A stretch of DNA of 64,000 bases from an uncultured bacterium (GTDB lineage: Bacteria > Verrucomicrobiota > Verrucomicrobiia > Limisphaerales > UBA8199). The stretch lies in contig CAVVMW010000005.1 in NCBI GenBank assembly GCA_963749495.1, forward strand, positions 384,001-448,000, written 5' to 3'. The notes below the pieces were generated by a model that was given only the letters and a program-made list of their open reading frames with translations, was not told the origin of the DNA and made no database searches. Made by a program: the position numbers and the translations under genes. This document shows positions 10,313 through 21,847 of this stretch, in pieces; the stretch's first letter is position 1, and every line of letters starts with the position of its first letter.

Positions 10313-11621
10313 ACCCGCTCTCGAGGATGAGTCCGGCGGCGTGGGGGAGGGAGTCGCAGGTAAAATCGGGCGGGGCGTTGAACTTGCCGTCTTTGCCGCC
10401 ATAGCCGGTCCGCACCAGGATGGAGCGGAAGGCCGGCGTTGATGGCGGTCTGAATGTCGGTGGTCGTATCGCCAATCAACCAGGATTGAGCCAGGTCCAG
10501 GTTCAACTCCGCGGCCGCAAGTTGGATCATGCCGGTGGCGGGCTTTCGGCAGGAGCACGGGCCCTTGAGCTCGGGGCGCTCGCCCGGGAAGCCGGACCCT
10601 GGGTGGTGCGGGCAGAAGCAGATGCGATCCAGGAAGGCCCCCTCACCGCCGAGGAGGGTCTCCAGCTTGTTGTGAATCGACCGGAGCCCGGCCTCGGTGC
10701 AGAAGCCCTTGGCCAGGACCGGCTGGTTGGTGACGACAATGGTCCGCAGGCCGGCCTGGTTGAGCCTGCGGATGGCCTGCGGCACTCCGGGGAGCAGTTC
10801 CAGTTGCTCGGGACAGACCAGGCCCTGGGCGCCCGCCTCTTTGACCAGCGTACCGTCGCGGTCGAGGAACACCGCCCGTTGGGGTGTGGCCAAAGAGCTG
10901 CGCTGCACAATCCCGGAGGCGGCCTCCGCGCAAACCCTGTCGTATCGTTCCGGGGTGCCGATGTCCTTGATGTACTCGGAACTCGGGTAGCCCTGGAGCG
11001 GGACGCCCCGCTTGAGCATGGCAGGAAACAAATCCTTTCCGAAGTCCACCGGCCCGTGGCTTCCCACCCAGGGCTCCAAGGCCCCCCGCTCCAGCACGTA
11101 GATTCCAGCGTTGACAAGGTTTTGAAAGAACCGGCCCTGCGGGTGGGGGCGGCTGTGGAAGCCGGTGACGCGGCGGGCGGAATCAATTTCAACCAGGTCC
11201 GAATCGAGCGGGTGATCATTCGGGTGCAAGAAAGCGTCGCGGCGGCGCCACTCCGCAGGTGGGCCCGGCACAGGCGGGCCAGGTCGACATTGAGCATGGT
11301 GTCGCCATACAGGAGCAGGAACTGGCCGGCGAGTCTGTCCAGGCCTGCCAGCACAGCCCCGGCCGTTCCGAGCGGTTCCTCTTCGATCTCATAGCGGATG
11401 CGCAGCCCCCAACGGGCGCCATCGCCCAGCACCCTCTGAATCAGCGCGGCGCGGTAGCCCGCGAAAACCAGGACCTCCTCGAACCCGTAATGGCGGGCCA
11501 GCTCGAGCTGGTGTTCCAGCAGCGGCTTGCCCGCGATCGGAACGAGGGGCTTGGGCAGTTCGCCCAACCGCTCCTGGAGCCGCGTGCCTTTGCCGCCGGC
11601 TAGGATGGCGGCCTGTTTCAC
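10305..11621 (-). CDS. Fused heptose-1-P nucleotidyltransferase (HddC-like) and heptose-1,7-bisP phosphatase (GmhB-like); frameshifts near 11230 and 10430
   Basis: ILAGGKGTRL...PKPL, EPLGTAG, YIKDIGTPERY, AVFLDRDGTL, CPHHP...CSCRKP, IGDTTTD; ends ...LILESGFP*. Confidence 0.88.
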
Positions 11622-12580
11622 CCGCGGTGCTCCGCGACGAGCTCCTCCACCGCGCGGTCCACGGCCTGGTTGGACGAGAGGCGCGGCAACCAGCCCAGCC
11701 TCCTGAGTTTCTCGATGGAATAGTTGAACCTGGGCACGTCACCAACCCAGCCTCGGTCGCCGCCGGTGTAACGAACCTTCGCGCCCGGCGCCATGCGCTT
11801 GACCACCGCCTCGGCGATGTAGCGAACCGGGGTCGCGCTGCCCGCCGTGCCAATGTTGTAGAAGTTCAATGCATCCTGCGCCCTCTCCACAATGAAGAGC
11901 ATCGCTTCGACGAGTTCTGAGACGTGCAGATAGGGCTTCTCCTGCGAGCCGTCGCCGAGCACGTCCAGCCACGCAGGCTCGTTTTTGAGCCTCAGGCAGA
12001 AGTCGTAGATAGCGCCGTGCGTGGCGCGGCTCCCCACCACGTTAGGGAAGCGAAAGATCCAGGCCCGGCTCAGGTGACTCTCCAGTGCAGCGGAGATGGC
12101 CGCCTCAGAGGCTAGTTTCATGGCCCCATAGCTCAATATCGGCAGGAGCGGCCCCATCTCCTCGGTCAACGGACATGGTTGCATGCCGTAGATCGCCGAG
12201 GTCAACGCGAACGCGAGACGCGCAATTCCATGCTCGCGCAACATTTTCAGCAGGTTAAACGTGGTGAGAAACGTGTCGCGTAAATCCACATCCGGATCGG
12301 CAACGCCGGCGCGAATATCAGAATTGGCGGCCAGGTGCCAAGCCATGTCGAGCCGTCCGAGTCCCGATTCTCGCGCTAGTATCTTCGACAACTCGCTTCT
12401 ATCATTGACGTCGGCGATGTATAGCGTGAACCTTGGATTGGCCAGCGCCTGGGCCAGGTGCTCGCGACGACCCAGCTTCATATTGTCGATGCCAACGACT
12501 CGGATGTTTCGCTGAAGCAACCGATCAACTAAATGACTCCCAATAAACCCGGCAGCGCCTGTAACCAGTGCATTTGTCAT
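11618..12580 (-). CDS. NAD-dependent epimerase/dehydratase
   Basis: GAAGFIGSHL, HLAANSD, YGAMK, GWVGDVP. Confidence 0.92.
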   Translation of the reverse strand: MTNALVTGAAGFIGSHLVDRLLQRNIRVVGIDNMKLGRREHLAQALANPRFTLYIADVNDRSELSKILARESGLGRLDMAWHLAANSDIRAGVADPDVDLRDTFLTTFNLLKMLREHGIARLAFALTSAIYGMQPCPLTEEMGPLLPILSYGAMKLASEAAISAALESHLSRAWIFRFPNVVGSRATHGAIYDFCLRLKNEPAWLDVLGDGSQEKPYLHVSELVEAMLFIVERAQDALNFYNIGTAGSATPVRYIAEAVVKRMAPGAKVRYTGGDRGWVGDVPRFNYSIEKLRRLGWLPRLSSNQAVDRAVEELVAEHRG

Positions 12581-12764
12581 AGCCGTCCTATACCTGGCGT
12601 TCGCCTACACTTCAATTCTTATCCAGGATGCTGGAAGAGTGTCACGATTAGGGAAACCCCCGCCAATCCACAAGCCAAAACCTGAGGGGTCGCCCGAGGC
12701 GAGGGGGCATTCGAGCTTGGTTCGAGAAGATGGACCCTGGCGGCCTAAACCTGAAATATTCACG

Positions 12765-13679
12765 CTAGGCTCTTATCCATTCCTTCGGGCAGAGGCCGGG
12801 CACCTCGGCTGGGAGGCCGCAACCCCACGCTGTCGGTGCCACCACGATCTTCCCTGGGTTGCGGCCCAACCAGGCGCCCCACCAACTGAACGAGCTGTTC
12901 GCGATCACGTGGTGCCGGCACGAGGCCATCAGCAGCAACTCCTCCGCATCGGACCAAGGCCCGGAATCGCAGACATATCGGCACGGGACCCCGAGGGCGA
13001 GGTTTGCCTTGGCCCACGACGGATTGTCCGAAAAGATATAACAAACCGTGCCCGGGCTCTTCCCGATGTGCTCCATCGCCCTGTGGTAATACTCTACAGG
13101 GCATGTCCCGTGGCGCTCCCGGGCCAGCCGGATGACCTTGCCATCGGCACCGATGCCGTGATTGCGGCGAACATGCACTGAAATGGAGCGACACCCTGCC
13201 ATGCTCCCCATCAAGGAACGCATCAACGTGCTAAGAGGGGCGCGAAGGGTGAATTCCTGGCGCAACGAGGCCTCTATCGGCAAAAGATACTCCTCGTTCT
13301 GCCAGTACCCGAAAAAATAAGAGCGGCCGGCCCGTTCCCTTACCACATCGGGGTCGAACCGGAACGGTTGCCGCTCATACACGACCCTGTGGCGGCGGCG
13401 AAGGACATTCGACCACACCGCCTTGGCCAAACGGCGCCAGGGCCAAGGCCAGTCCATCCCCAAAGGGACGTCTTGCGGGCTCCCGCGTTCGATCCGGGTT
13501 TGAAAAACCTCCAAGGCAAACTGGCGGCCATACGGATCGTTCTTGAAATCACTCTCGACATCAAGCAGCACCCGCCTTCCCCACTGTGCGGTCAGCCGGC
13601 GAGCCAGCGCGTACTGGAACATCTGGTTCCCGAGTCCTCCCATAAGGCGCACCGCATGCATACCGCCTGTCGTCGGCAC
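12765..13679 (-). CDS. GT11 alpha-1,2-fucosyltransferase-like protein
   Basis: GGLGNQMFQY, GYWQ, VHVRR, IFSD, NSSFSWWGAWL. Confidence 0.92.
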   Translation of the reverse strand: MPTTGGMHAVRLMGGLGNQMFQYALARRLTAQWGRRVLLDVESDFKNDPYGRQFALEVFQTRIERGSPQDVPLGMDWPWPWRRLAKAVWSNVLRRRHRVVYERQPFRFDPDVVRERAGRSYFFGYWQNEEYLLPIEASLRQEFTLRAPLSTLMRSLMGSMAGCRSISVHVRRNHGIGADGKVIRLARERHGTCPVEYYHRAMEHIGKSPGTVCYIFSDNPSWAKANLALGVPCRYVCDSGPWSDAEELLLMASCRHHVIANSSFSWWGAWLGRNPGKIVVAPTAWGCGLPAEVPGLCPKEWIRA

Positions 13680-13682
13680 TCC

Positions 13683-14441
13683 TCAGCGATTTCTGCGGGC
13701 TACGACATGGTAGCCCATGCACAGCGTATTGATGGATATCGCGGTCTTCTTCTTGGACCGGAAGTAAAAAAAAGCGGGGAGCAGCAGAATTTTGGCGAGA
13801 ACAGAGTGGGCCATCGCAGTTCTTGCAACCTCCACGGCAAGCCAACTGTAGTAATCACCGACTGGCTCGATAGCCTCGATGGTGAACCCGCAGTCGCACA
13901 GAATCTTCCTGTACCATCGATCGGAAAAGCCCGAGTAAAAGAAGTAAGGGTCCATGTGCCGCAGGCAATTGCTCGGCGCGGTGAGAATCAGAACGCCGCC
14001 GCCCTTCAGCAGCCTGCTGAACTCCTTGATCGCCTCGATGGGGAAAGGAATGTGCTCCAAAACTTCCGTGCAGAGGATGGCATCGAAGGTCCCCGCCTTT
14101 TCCTTGATGTTCCAGACGTCGCCGACGTAATCGAGTTGCCCGTACTGGTATCCAGAATCTCCGCCGACTCCGCTGCTGCCGAGGATCCGCTTCTCATCCA
14201 GGACGTACTTTCCAAAATCCTGCCCCCGTTACGCCAGATGCCCGCACGCAGCCCGGTACCTTTGGCTTCCGCATCCGGCATCCAGCAACAGGGACCCCGG
14301 CGCCAGGAGTGACAACTGCCGGCGCACGAAATCGTCCCGTTCATGCTGGTTGTTCAGGGAACGCGCAAGCCGGCGCAAGGGAGGAAAAGCATTCAGGAGA
14401 CTTTTCGGTGAAAACTTTCCTCGCACGCGTCTGTTGGTCAT
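13683..14441 (-). CDS. Class I SAM methyltransferase with an in-frame TAA at 14229-14231
   Basis: LLDAGCG...HLA*RGQDFGKY...FDAILCTEVLEHIP...LKGGG; both halves are in the same frame. Confidence 0.8.
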
Positions 14442-14514
14442 ATCATGTTGGCTCGGCCCGAACCAGCGGCGCCACACTGTGCGCAACTAAAGAGCGTATT
14501 TCCATCAGGAGCCT

Positions 14515-15165
14515 TCACGTGTTTATCCTATTGGGAGTTGCAGCCGTTCCCATGGGGCTCAACCTGCTATCGATCGGCTTGGCGGGAACGCCTGCCACGA
14601 TTGTGAACGGCTCGACTGATTTGGTGACGACTGCACCGGCGGCGATGATGGCGCCCTTGCCGATTCGAACTCCATCGACAACAACGCAATTGGCTCCGAT
14701 CCACACGTCATCCTCGATGACGATTCCGCCTTTGCAGCTCGAGCCCTGGTCCCGCATAGGAATGTCGTTCCGCTGGTACTTATGTCCGCCACCGGCCAGC
14801 ATGACATGGGGGGCGATCATGGCATTTCGGCCCACTTGCACGTGGCCGTAAATGACAACGTAAGGATTGAGTTGCGAGCGGTCGCCCACCCGGACGCTGG
14901 CCGCCGTGGCCGGGGCGGCAATCACCACGCCACGGCCGACGGTCACTCCTCGACCCAGGTGGATGTTTTTCATCTGGCGAAATTCGCACCCTGGGCCGAT
15001 GGCCGTGGACAAATGGCACTCACCCAGCATCAGTGCCCGCCACGGGAAGGCCAGGATGCGGGGGATGTACCTCGACAAGCCGATTGTTCGCTCCAGAGCC
15101 AGGAAGCGAAAAGAGCGGAAATGCACGAACTTTTGCAACCGCCGTTCCAACCGAATGCGATCCAT
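14515..15165 (-). CDS. Hexapeptide-repeat O-acetyltransferase
   Basis: [35 protein letters not shown]...GVPAK. Confidence 0.9.
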   Translation of the reverse strand: MDRIRLERRLQKFVHFRSFRFLALERTIGLSRYIPRILAFPWRALMLGECHLSTAIGPGCEFRQMKNIHLGRGVTVGRGVVIAAPATAASVRVGDRSQLNPYVVIYGHVQVGRNAMIAPHVMLAGGGHKYQRNDIPMRDQGSSCKGGIVIEDDVWIGANCVVVDGVRIGKGAIIAAGAVVTKSVEPFTIVAGVPAKPIDSRLSPMGTAATPNRINT

Positions 15166-15173
15166 CGCGGTGC

Positions 15174-16184
15174 CTATTTGCCAAGCCACCGTCGCACAAC
15201 GGCTTGCGTGCAGGCCAGTGTATCCAGACGCCAGAACCGCCTTGCGGTCCTCGCGGGGTCCTGCCAGCAAGCGCTGCGCCTGGTTTCCGGGCATTCCAAA
15301 TGCTGATAGCGGGCGGCAAAAGTGCTCATGTCAGCCTGCACGGAGGCGGGGGGAGGCGAGTGGCCAAAGAGCCTCCGCAGGGGCGCGGCGTGCAGCAGGT
15401 GCTCTGCGTAGGCGCCTTCCAGTTGGATGGTCTTCCAGCCGGCCAGATTGAGGCGCATTGACAGGTCGCCATCCGCGCCATAAAACTCAAAGTCGGTCTC
15501 GTTGGCATAGCCAACCGCCTCGAGCGCATCCTTCGCGTAAAAACCGTGATTGATGTGAACCACGCCGCCCGGCAGCAGCTTCACGTGATAGCACGCATCG
15601 AGTGGATACTCGCGGTAGAACAGAGCGCCGCCGCCTATCTCTTCGCCCGCGCTCACGCGGCGTCGCAGCAGCGTCATCCCCGCCTGGATCGCCCCCGGGC
15701 AAAGCAGCAGATCGTCGCTGACCATCAGAATCCAGGGCGCTGAGGCCGCGCGGAATCCCAGGTTCATGAATTCGCCCCAGGAATGGGCCCGCCGTCGGCT
15801 GCCGTCCGCCTGGAGCACGGGGTAGTTCGGCTGAACAAATGTCAGCACATCCCGCTGCGTGGCCAGCCAATCGCAGGTGCCATCGGTGGATCCCCCGTCC
15901 ACCACGATGATCTCGATGGCGCCATCGAATCCGTTGGCCCGCACGTTGCGCAGGGCCTGCTTGAGAAGGCGCCTACGGTTCAGCGAGCCGAGCACGACCG
16001 AGACGTCCGGCTCTTTCTCCCTCAAATGCCCTGCGGCAAATCCGCTCCGCGCCATATCACCCTTTGGGCCTGCGAGCGGGCCTGCCGCTCTCGATTTCGG
16101 CAAAACAGGCCAGATAGTCATCAACCTGCCGCTCAAGGCTGAAGCGGCCTGCCGCGTGCCGGATTGCTTGCTGGGCGCACGCAC
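15174..16184 (-). CDS. GT2 glycosyltransferase (start uncertain)
   Basis: [35 protein letters not shown]. Confidence 0.88.
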   Translation of the reverse strand: MRAPSKQSGTRQAASALSGRLMTIWPVLPKSRAAGPLAGPKGDMARSGFAAGHLREKEPDVSVVLGSLNRRRLLKQALRNVRANGFDGAIEIIVVDGGSTDGTCDWLATQRDVLTFVQPNYPVLQADGSRRRAHSWGEFMNLGFRAASAPWILMVSDDLLLCPGAIQAGMTLLRRRVSAGEEIGGGALFYREYPLDACYHVKLLPGGVVHINHGFYAKDALEAVGYANETDFEFYGADGDLSMRLNLAGWKTIQLEGAYAEHLLHAAPLRRLFGHSPPPASVQADMSTFAARYQHLECPETRRSACWQDPARTARRFWRLDTLACTQAVVRRWLGK

Positions 16185-17409
16185 GACATATCATGGGGTC
16201 CTGGATCATCTGCAGGATCCGGGCAGCCATGGCCGCGCTGTCTCCCCGTTTCACGAGCCACCCGGTTGCGCCATCAATGAGCTCCTCCGGAATGCCGCCC
16301 ACCGCCGTGGCCACAACCGGTGTTCCGCACGATTGCGCCTCCAAAATGGCCAGTGGAGAATTGTCGGCGTGCGCCGCGTGCAGGCACACATCGGCCGCGC
16401 GGAGATAGGCGGCCACGCGTTCGGGGTCGCGGAGGGTGCCGGGAAAACGCCAGGGGCAGGAGGGATCGGTCACGGGCTGCGCCGGACCCCCGAGGCAGAC
16501 AAGGAGGACGCTCTTCCTTCCGCGTTGCGCGCAAACACGCTCCGCCGCCTCGCGGATCGTGGGAAAATCCTTGTACGACCCCGGTGAGGCGCCGCTAACT
16601 GACGAAAAAACACAAACGAACCGATCGGGCGGAAGCCCCAGCGCCTCGCGCGCCGCCTGCTTGTCCCCCGGGCGGAAGACCCCCTGGTTCACACCGTAGC
16701 GGATGACCCGGCCCGTGGCCGGGCGGAGGATCGACCTGGAAACCCGATCCAGGAGCCAAGAACTGGGCGTGACGACGTGCAGGCAGCTCTTTGCGTAGGC
16801 ATCTCGCTTGACGCGCCAATTCTCGTGTGTGCCGTCTCTTCGCAGCCGGGGGGCGCGCAGCAGATCAGGGCAGGCGCCGCACCCGGTCTGCCAGCGCTGG
16901 CAATCTATGGCATAAGCGCAGTGCCCGGTCAGGGCCCACTCATCATGGAGGGTCCACAGCACCGGAAGCGCCTGGCTCAGCGCCGGGAGGGCGCGAATAT
17001 CGAAATAGCCGCCGTGCAGGTTGTGCAAACAGATCACCTCCGGCTGCCACTTTCGAGGATCCGCCAGGTGGGCCGTGTAAGGATAGTTGAAATCTTCGCG
17101 GCCTCGAAGGGGATCCCACAAGCGCCGGGGGATGGCCAGCCAGGAAAGCAGTGTGCGCAGCCGGTCGCGCCCGCGGAAGCAGGGCATTCCCGCAAGAACG
17201 CGGTCCAACAGGGCCAGCGGCCACGTCCAACCCGCCTCCCCGTCGTGCAGGTCGATGCACTCAATGCCAGGCCCAAAGGTCAGGCGCCGCCTGACCTGCA
17301 GCCTGGAATCAAGTCCGCGCCCCAGAAAACCCCGGTGCAGGTCGGAGGCAGCGCGCTCAGCCCCTCCTGCCACGTCCTGCGGGCTAATCTGAAGGATCCT
17401 CTTCGTCAC
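16057..17409 (-). CDS. GT4 glycosyltransferase (WcaC-like)
   Basis: GGAERAA, LHNLHGGY, WTLHD...TGHC, DNSPLAILEAQSCGTPVVATAVGGIPE. Confidence 0.9.
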   Translation of the reverse strand: MTKRILQISPQDVAGGAERAASDLHRGFLGRGLDSRLQVRRRLTFGPGIECIDLHDGEAGWTWPLALLDRVLAGMPCFRGRDRLRTLLSWLAIPRRLWDPLRGREDFNYPYTAHLADPRKWQPEVICLHNLHGGYFDIRALPALSQALPVLWTLHDEWALTGHCAYAIDCQRWQTGCGACPDLLRAPRLRRDGTHENWRVKRDAYAKSCLHVVTPSSWLLDRVSRSILRPATGRVIRYGVNQGVFRPGDKQAAREALGLPPDRFVCVFSSVSGASPGSYKDFPTIREAAERVCAQRGRKSVLLVCLGGPAQPVTDPSCPWRFPGTLRDPERVAAYLRAADVCLHAAHADNSPLAILEAQSCGTPVVATAVGGIPEELIDGATGWLVKRGDSAAMAARILQMIQDPMICRACAQQAIRHAAGRFSLERQVDDYLACFAEIESGRPARRPKG

Positions 17410-18030
17410 ATTGTGTCCGGCCCCTGCCTCTTCACCGCGTCGGCGGCCGGCACGCCCCTCAGTCGCCTGGCCGGCACGCCACCCCATACCTCGTCGGGCG
17501 GAATGCTTGAGGTAACCACAGCGCCCGCCGCAACAATCGAGTTTGCGCCGATTACAACCCCGGGCAGGACGATGACCCCCGCTCCCAGCCAGCAGTTATC
17601 CCGGATGGTGACCCCCACGCGTGCTTCGTCCCAAGGCAGGTCCCTGTAAACGGCCCCCTGTCGAAACTGATGGTTGGAAGACGCAATGGTGACATGTTGG
17701 GCTATAAGGCAGTTCGAGCCTATCGAGATTTTGCCTCCGGCGGCTCGGAGATTGCAGTTCGCCCCGATCACCGTTCGCGCACCCACCGACAGCCCCCCTT
17801 CTACCGAGGAGAACTCGGAGCGAAGCAGGGCGCAAATCTCCGTAAAGGGACCCACGGAGTCTCCCTTCACCAAACTTCACGGCCTCCAGTGCGTCCAAGC
17901 GCCATGAAATTGGAAAGTCGAGGCCCGCTCGCGGATTGCGCTGACGGATGCGTTCGTGCATGTACAGCAGCCTGAGTCGCCACACCACGGCCCATGCCGT
18001 GCGCAAAGCCAGCTCAAACGGAACCTTCAT
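17406..18030 (-). CDS. Hexapeptide-repeat acetyltransferase, frameshift near 17870
   Basis: N-terminus MKVPFELAL...; C-terminus VTIRDNCWLGAGVIVLPGVVIGANSIVAAGAVVT. Confidence 0.85.
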
Positions 18031-18134
18031 TCCTTTGTTTCCGCCAGTTCCACCCGGCTGCAGATAACACCTGTCGGGAACGCTCAGGCTTCAAGGCCGG
18101 GGGTGCGCGTCTGGGCAGATCCAGCGCTTGCTGC

Positions 18135-19304
18135 TTACAAGGGCCCCCGGCTTGGCCGAAGCGTCTTGGAGAGCGCTTCCATATATCCCCCGACCATGTT
18201 GTCCAGATTAAAGCGCTTCTCGATAAGCTCGGCCGACCGCCTGCCCATCTCCTCGAGTCTGGATTGGTTGCCGAGCGCCTCCCGCAGGGCGCGTTCCAGC
18301 CCACGCTCTGAACCGTCGAACCTCCATCCGTTAATTCCATGCTGCACCAGATCCACTTCCGTGCCATCGGCCAAACCGCAGACCACTGGCAAGCCCATTG
18401 CCATGGCGGTGTTGATTCCCAGCCCGCCCAGCCCGGGGAGCACGCATAGGGAAGCGAGAAACATTTGCCTTGCCAGCGATTCCTCGTCATATATCCCGCC
18501 GGTAAACTCGGTCCGGGCGCCTAAAGCCAGATCGCGCGCAACCCGTTCGAACTGCATGCGCTTGGATCCCTCTCCGATGACCTTGAGGCTGGCTTCCGGC
18601 AGGTGCCGGGCGATTCTGGCCAGCACCCTCAGGAGCATGTCGACGCGCTTTCCCTCGGCCAGCCTGCCCACGAACACCATTTCTCCCGCCTTCCTCCGCG
18701 CCCCGCTGCCCGCGAGCGCGCGATACCGGGTCGAGAGCCAGAACGTCTCGATCGCATTATGGGCCACGGTAAGCTTTGCCTCGGGCACCCCGAGCACGGT
18801 TCTGCAGTATCGCGCCATGTGGGTCGAGTGGCAAATAAAGCGGTCGGTCCTCGAAATGGCCAGGCGGTCTCGCACCAGCAAATGGAAGCGGCTAGGCTTC
18901 CATAATTGGTACCTTCCGAGCTTTGACCGCCAGAAATTCCTTGTCCAATATCCGTCGCAGCCAAACCAAAATATCCTGGCTCCGCTGCCCCTCATCTCCT
19001 GCCAAAGCGCCGGTTCGGTGAGGACCTTTCTCAGCAACGGCCCACTGGTGATATACGCGTGCGCCTGGTGCTTGCGCAGCACCTCAAATATCTCCGGGTG
19101 AAAAGCCGAGCCCTCAGGGCGCTCCCGAAACCGCAGGGAGGAAAAGGGGAGGTTGTCCCGCATGTCCGCGACACCATCGACCTTCCTCCCCTCGCTGGCC
19201 ACCACCACCAGGTTCACTTCCTGAGAAAGTTTATGGAAGAACGGAACCCGGTAATGCGGGATCACATATTGGTCGAAAACAACGTTCCATCGCTCCCCTG
19301 TCAT
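18135..19304 (-). CDS. GT4 glycosyltransferase
   Basis: IPHYRVPFF, FVGRLAEGKRVD, PGLGGLGINTAMAMGLPVV. Confidence 0.9.
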   Translation of the reverse strand: MTGERWNVVFDQYVIPHYRVPFFHKLSQEVNLVVVASEGRKVDGVADMRDNLPFSSLRFRERPEGSAFHPEIFEVLRKHQAHAYITSGPLLRKVLTEPALWQEMRGSGARIFWFGCDGYWTRNFWRSKLGRYQLWKPSRFHLLVRDRLAISRTDRFICHSTHMARYCRTVLGVPEAKLTVAHNAIETFWLSTRYRALAGSGARRKAGEMVFVGRLAEGKRVDMLLRVLARIARHLPEASLKVIGEGSKRMQFERVARDLALGARTEFTGGIYDEESLARQMFLASLCVLPGLGGLGINTAMAMGLPVVCGLADGTEVDLVQHGINGWRFDGSERGLERALREALGNQSRLEEMGRRSAELIEKRFNLDNMVGGYMEALSKTLRPSRGPL

Positions 19305-19382
19305 AAAAATCTCTCTTCGCGGATGGGGCGCTCTTGGAGGCAAAAGTCCAACTCGATCGGCAGCCGGAACCGATAGGTGCCA

Positions 19383-21098
19383 TCAGGGCGCCCGCTGCGG
19401 CTGGGCCGCGCCGGCCTCATCCGTGGCGCGCTCCCCGGCGCCAGAGGCCGGGCTCCCCTTGCCCGGCAAGCGGCGCTGCCGCAGACGAATTGCTCCCCTG
19501 GCTGAATCGATCACCCCTGTGCGCGCATGCGCGAACGCCAGGATCAGGGCCATGTAACTCCCACAGGTGCCACTTACGTAGGTGATTCCCTCAACGATGT
19601 TAACTTTGCACAAGTTGACCCCGGTTGTCGCACTATAGGCGATCATACCGGCAAACACAGTGGCGTGAATGCGTCCTTCGGCGCGCACGTCGGGCTCGGT
19701 GCTCCTTGCGCACTGGAATGCCCACGCGAGCAGGGAGAGATGGAGCGCCACGAGGAAAAAGAGCGGCATCCAACCCAGTTGCAGGGCGAGATCAAGATAG
19801 AGATTCTCGGGGTCTTCCTCGCCCGTCGCGGCGAAGCCTCCCACGGGCCGTCTGGCTATTTCCGCACCGAGTCGCGTCTGAAGCTCCTGCCGCTGCTCAT
19901 CGCCCTCTTCCAGATATGCCGGGTGGCCGAGGAAATATCCGACGAGGTCCGTGTCGGTGAAGCGCGCCTTCCACTTCTCGCTGACTTCGCCTGGCACAAA
20001 ACGCACCCCAATGACCCCACAGACGGCCATAGCGCAAAAGAGACCAATAAGCCATCTCTGTCTTCGGAGCCAGAAAGCTATCATCACCGTCTGTAAGAAC
20101 ATGAGGACGGGCGTCGCGCGGGATCGAGAACTGAGCGCGACAATCCAGCAAAAGCAAACCAGCCCGCAAATGACCCATCGGATGCCGGGATACCGCCGCC
20201 CGGCGAACCAAAAGGCCAACGGATAGACAAGGACGAGGATAAAGCCGACATGGTTGGCGCCGCCAAGGCTCATGAACCATCCACGCCGAAATTCGTCGAA
20301 GTAGCTTACCATGCCGTAATTGGCAAGCTGGTTCATCATCCCTGCGCCGAAGCTCACTACCAAACTTATGAAGATTGCGTAGATAAACCCATCATAATCC
20401 CGGTAGGTTTCCAGCCACGAAACGGTGAACGCATAGAGCAGCAGGCACTCTACCGGTCCGGCGACGAGGATCGCCAGCGTGGTGGCGCTTTGGTTCCCCT
20501 CCCCTGGTGGGGCGAGCAGGGCCAAAAGGCTGCTCGCGCACATCAGAGAGAGCAGGAGGGTGATTCTCCCACTCTCGTACCGAGGGCCCCCTTGCGGCGC
20601 CTCGCCACGAGGTTTGCGCAGAAACCACACGAGACAAACGGCCCACAGCCAGAGCGAGGGGAACGTGGCCGGGTAGGGACCAATGTGCACCGAGAAGTCT
20701 TTCCAGACGGCCTTTACGACAGGCAAAACAATGAGGAAGGAGAGAAAAACCCAACGGATGTCCCTGAGTGTCATCACAGCGCTGCCAAGAAGCGACGCCC
20801 CCAAAAGCAGCTTGAAACGGCTGGTTCCAGAAAAAAAGGGCAGGAACCACAGGAACAAGAAAACAGCGGCAATGAGCGAGAGGGACCGCAGGAATGTCTT
20901 GTACGCCTGCTGGCCGGACGTGTCTCTCTCCTGGCTGTCCCGCACTGCAGCAGAGGCAGTGAGCTGTTGTTGGCGTGTCATTGGCTGCGGTTTCTCTCCG
21001 TGGACGCCTGCCCCCGTTTGCCGGCCAGGCAGGCCCTCGTGGCTTCGGTCACAAGGTGCGATAGATTTCGCCCAAGCGCTCTCCTTGGCGGGAGGCAT
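19383..21098 (-). CDS. Polytopic Wzy polymerase / O-antigen ligase-family protein (start may be 20981)
   Basis: About 12 hydrophobic segments; GGANHVG, SRSR, PENLYLDLALQLG (HN-like ligase motif region). Confidence 0.8.
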   Translation of the reverse strand: MPPAKESAWAKSIAPCDRSHEGLPGRQTGAGVHGEKPQPMTRQQQLTASAAVRDSQERDTSGQQAYKTFLRSLSLIAAVFLFLWFLPFFSGTSRFKLLLGASLLGSAVMTLRDIRWVFLSFLIVLPVVKAVWKDFSVHIGPYPATFPSLWLWAVCLVWFLRKPRGEAPQGGPRYESGRITLLLSLMCASSLLALLAPPGEGNQSATTLAILVAGPVECLLLYAFTVSWLETYRDYDGFIYAIFISLVVSFGAGMMNQLANYGMVSYFDEFRRGWFMSLGGANHVGFILVLVYPLAFWFAGRRYPGIRWVICGLVCFCWIVALSSRSRATPVLMFLQTVMIAFWLRRQRWLIGLFCAMAVCGVIGVRFVPGEVSEKWKARFTDTDLVGYFLGHPAYLEEGDEQRQELQTRLGAEIARRPVGGFAATGEEDPENLYLDLALQLGWMPLFFLVALHLSLLAWAFQCARSTEPDVRAEGRIHATVFAGMIAYSATTGVNLCKVNIVEGITYVSGTCGSYMALILAFAHARTGVIDSARGAIRLRQRRLPGKGSPASGAGERATDEAGAAQPQRAP

Positions 21099-21132
21099 TG
21101 AATTCCTCCTCGATGCGCCGGCGCGCCGCGCA
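21049..21132 (-). pseudogene. 3' tail remnant of a GT4
   Basis: CAARRRIEEEFNASRQGERLGEIYRTL* versus CAARQRIEVEFNAARQGQRLAEIYRAL* of 25557..26711. Confidence 0.85.
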
Positions 21133-21187
21133 GGTATCTCTCGTCTGTGCTTGGCTCCGCGGGTTCATCGAGGTTACGCGGTGATTT

Positions 21188-21847
21188 TCATTTTTGCACG
21201 CAGACGTGGAAACTCATCATGCCGTCGGGACCTTCATCCTCCGAGATTGTTTTCATTCCTACGCCTAAGAGGAACCCACGCACTGTTTTAAGATCCGGAA
21301 TCCATTTGTGACCGTCCCCAATGCCCGGCGCACCCGGCCGCCATACTCCGCATTCCGGATGAGGCAAATAAAGAAACAGAACTGCGCCTTTTTTCAAAAG
21401 TCCAATCCATTTCGTCAGTTCTCTTTGCCAATCCGCGATGTGCTCAAGACAATGCGAAGAGAAAATATAATCGAGGGAATCGCCAGGAAAATCATCCAGG
21501 CTCGTTTTCATTCCTTCTCCGCGTAAGCTGTCCACCGGAATGGAGCCGGGAAACTCCCAGAAGCCAGCTCCCACGTCAATGCCTCGGCCGCTGAGGTATT
21601 TCCTCGCGACGTGGAAAATCGCGCAGCCCGCGCCCCCCATAAAAAGATAATCCGGATATATTTTGCCTTGGTATGCCCATCCGCCGGGAAAACGTTTCAT
21701 CTCCGGGCAGGCGGCAAAAAAACGATACATGGAAAAATATGTAGGCGCGTCCTGTAGTCGTTCCAGGGGCGTGCGAAATCTATCGCACATTCTTCTTGCG
21801 ATGGCCCTAATTTTGTTTCGCATGGAATTTAGCAGTTTTTCAAGCAT
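21188..21847 (-). CDS. Class I SAM methyltransferase
   Basis: GIDVGAG, DYIFSSHCLEH, LKKGAVLFLYLP. Confidence 0.85.
   Translation of the reverse strand: MLEKLLNSMRNKIRAIARRMCDRFRTPLERLQDAPTYFSMYRFFAACPEMKRFPGGWAYQGKIYPDYLFMGGAGCAIFHVARKYLSGRGIDVGAGFWEFPGSIPVDSLRGEGMKTSLDDFPGDSLDYIFSSHCLEHIADWQRELTKWIGLLKKGAVLFLYLPHPECGVWRPGAPGIGDGHKWIPDLKTVRGFLLGVGMKTISEDEGPDGMMSFHVCVQK

Noticed and set aside
18031..18134. Possible further GT4 tail (PERSRQVLSAA...VELAETKE*)
   Set aside because: Requires a frameshift and the similarity is too weak.
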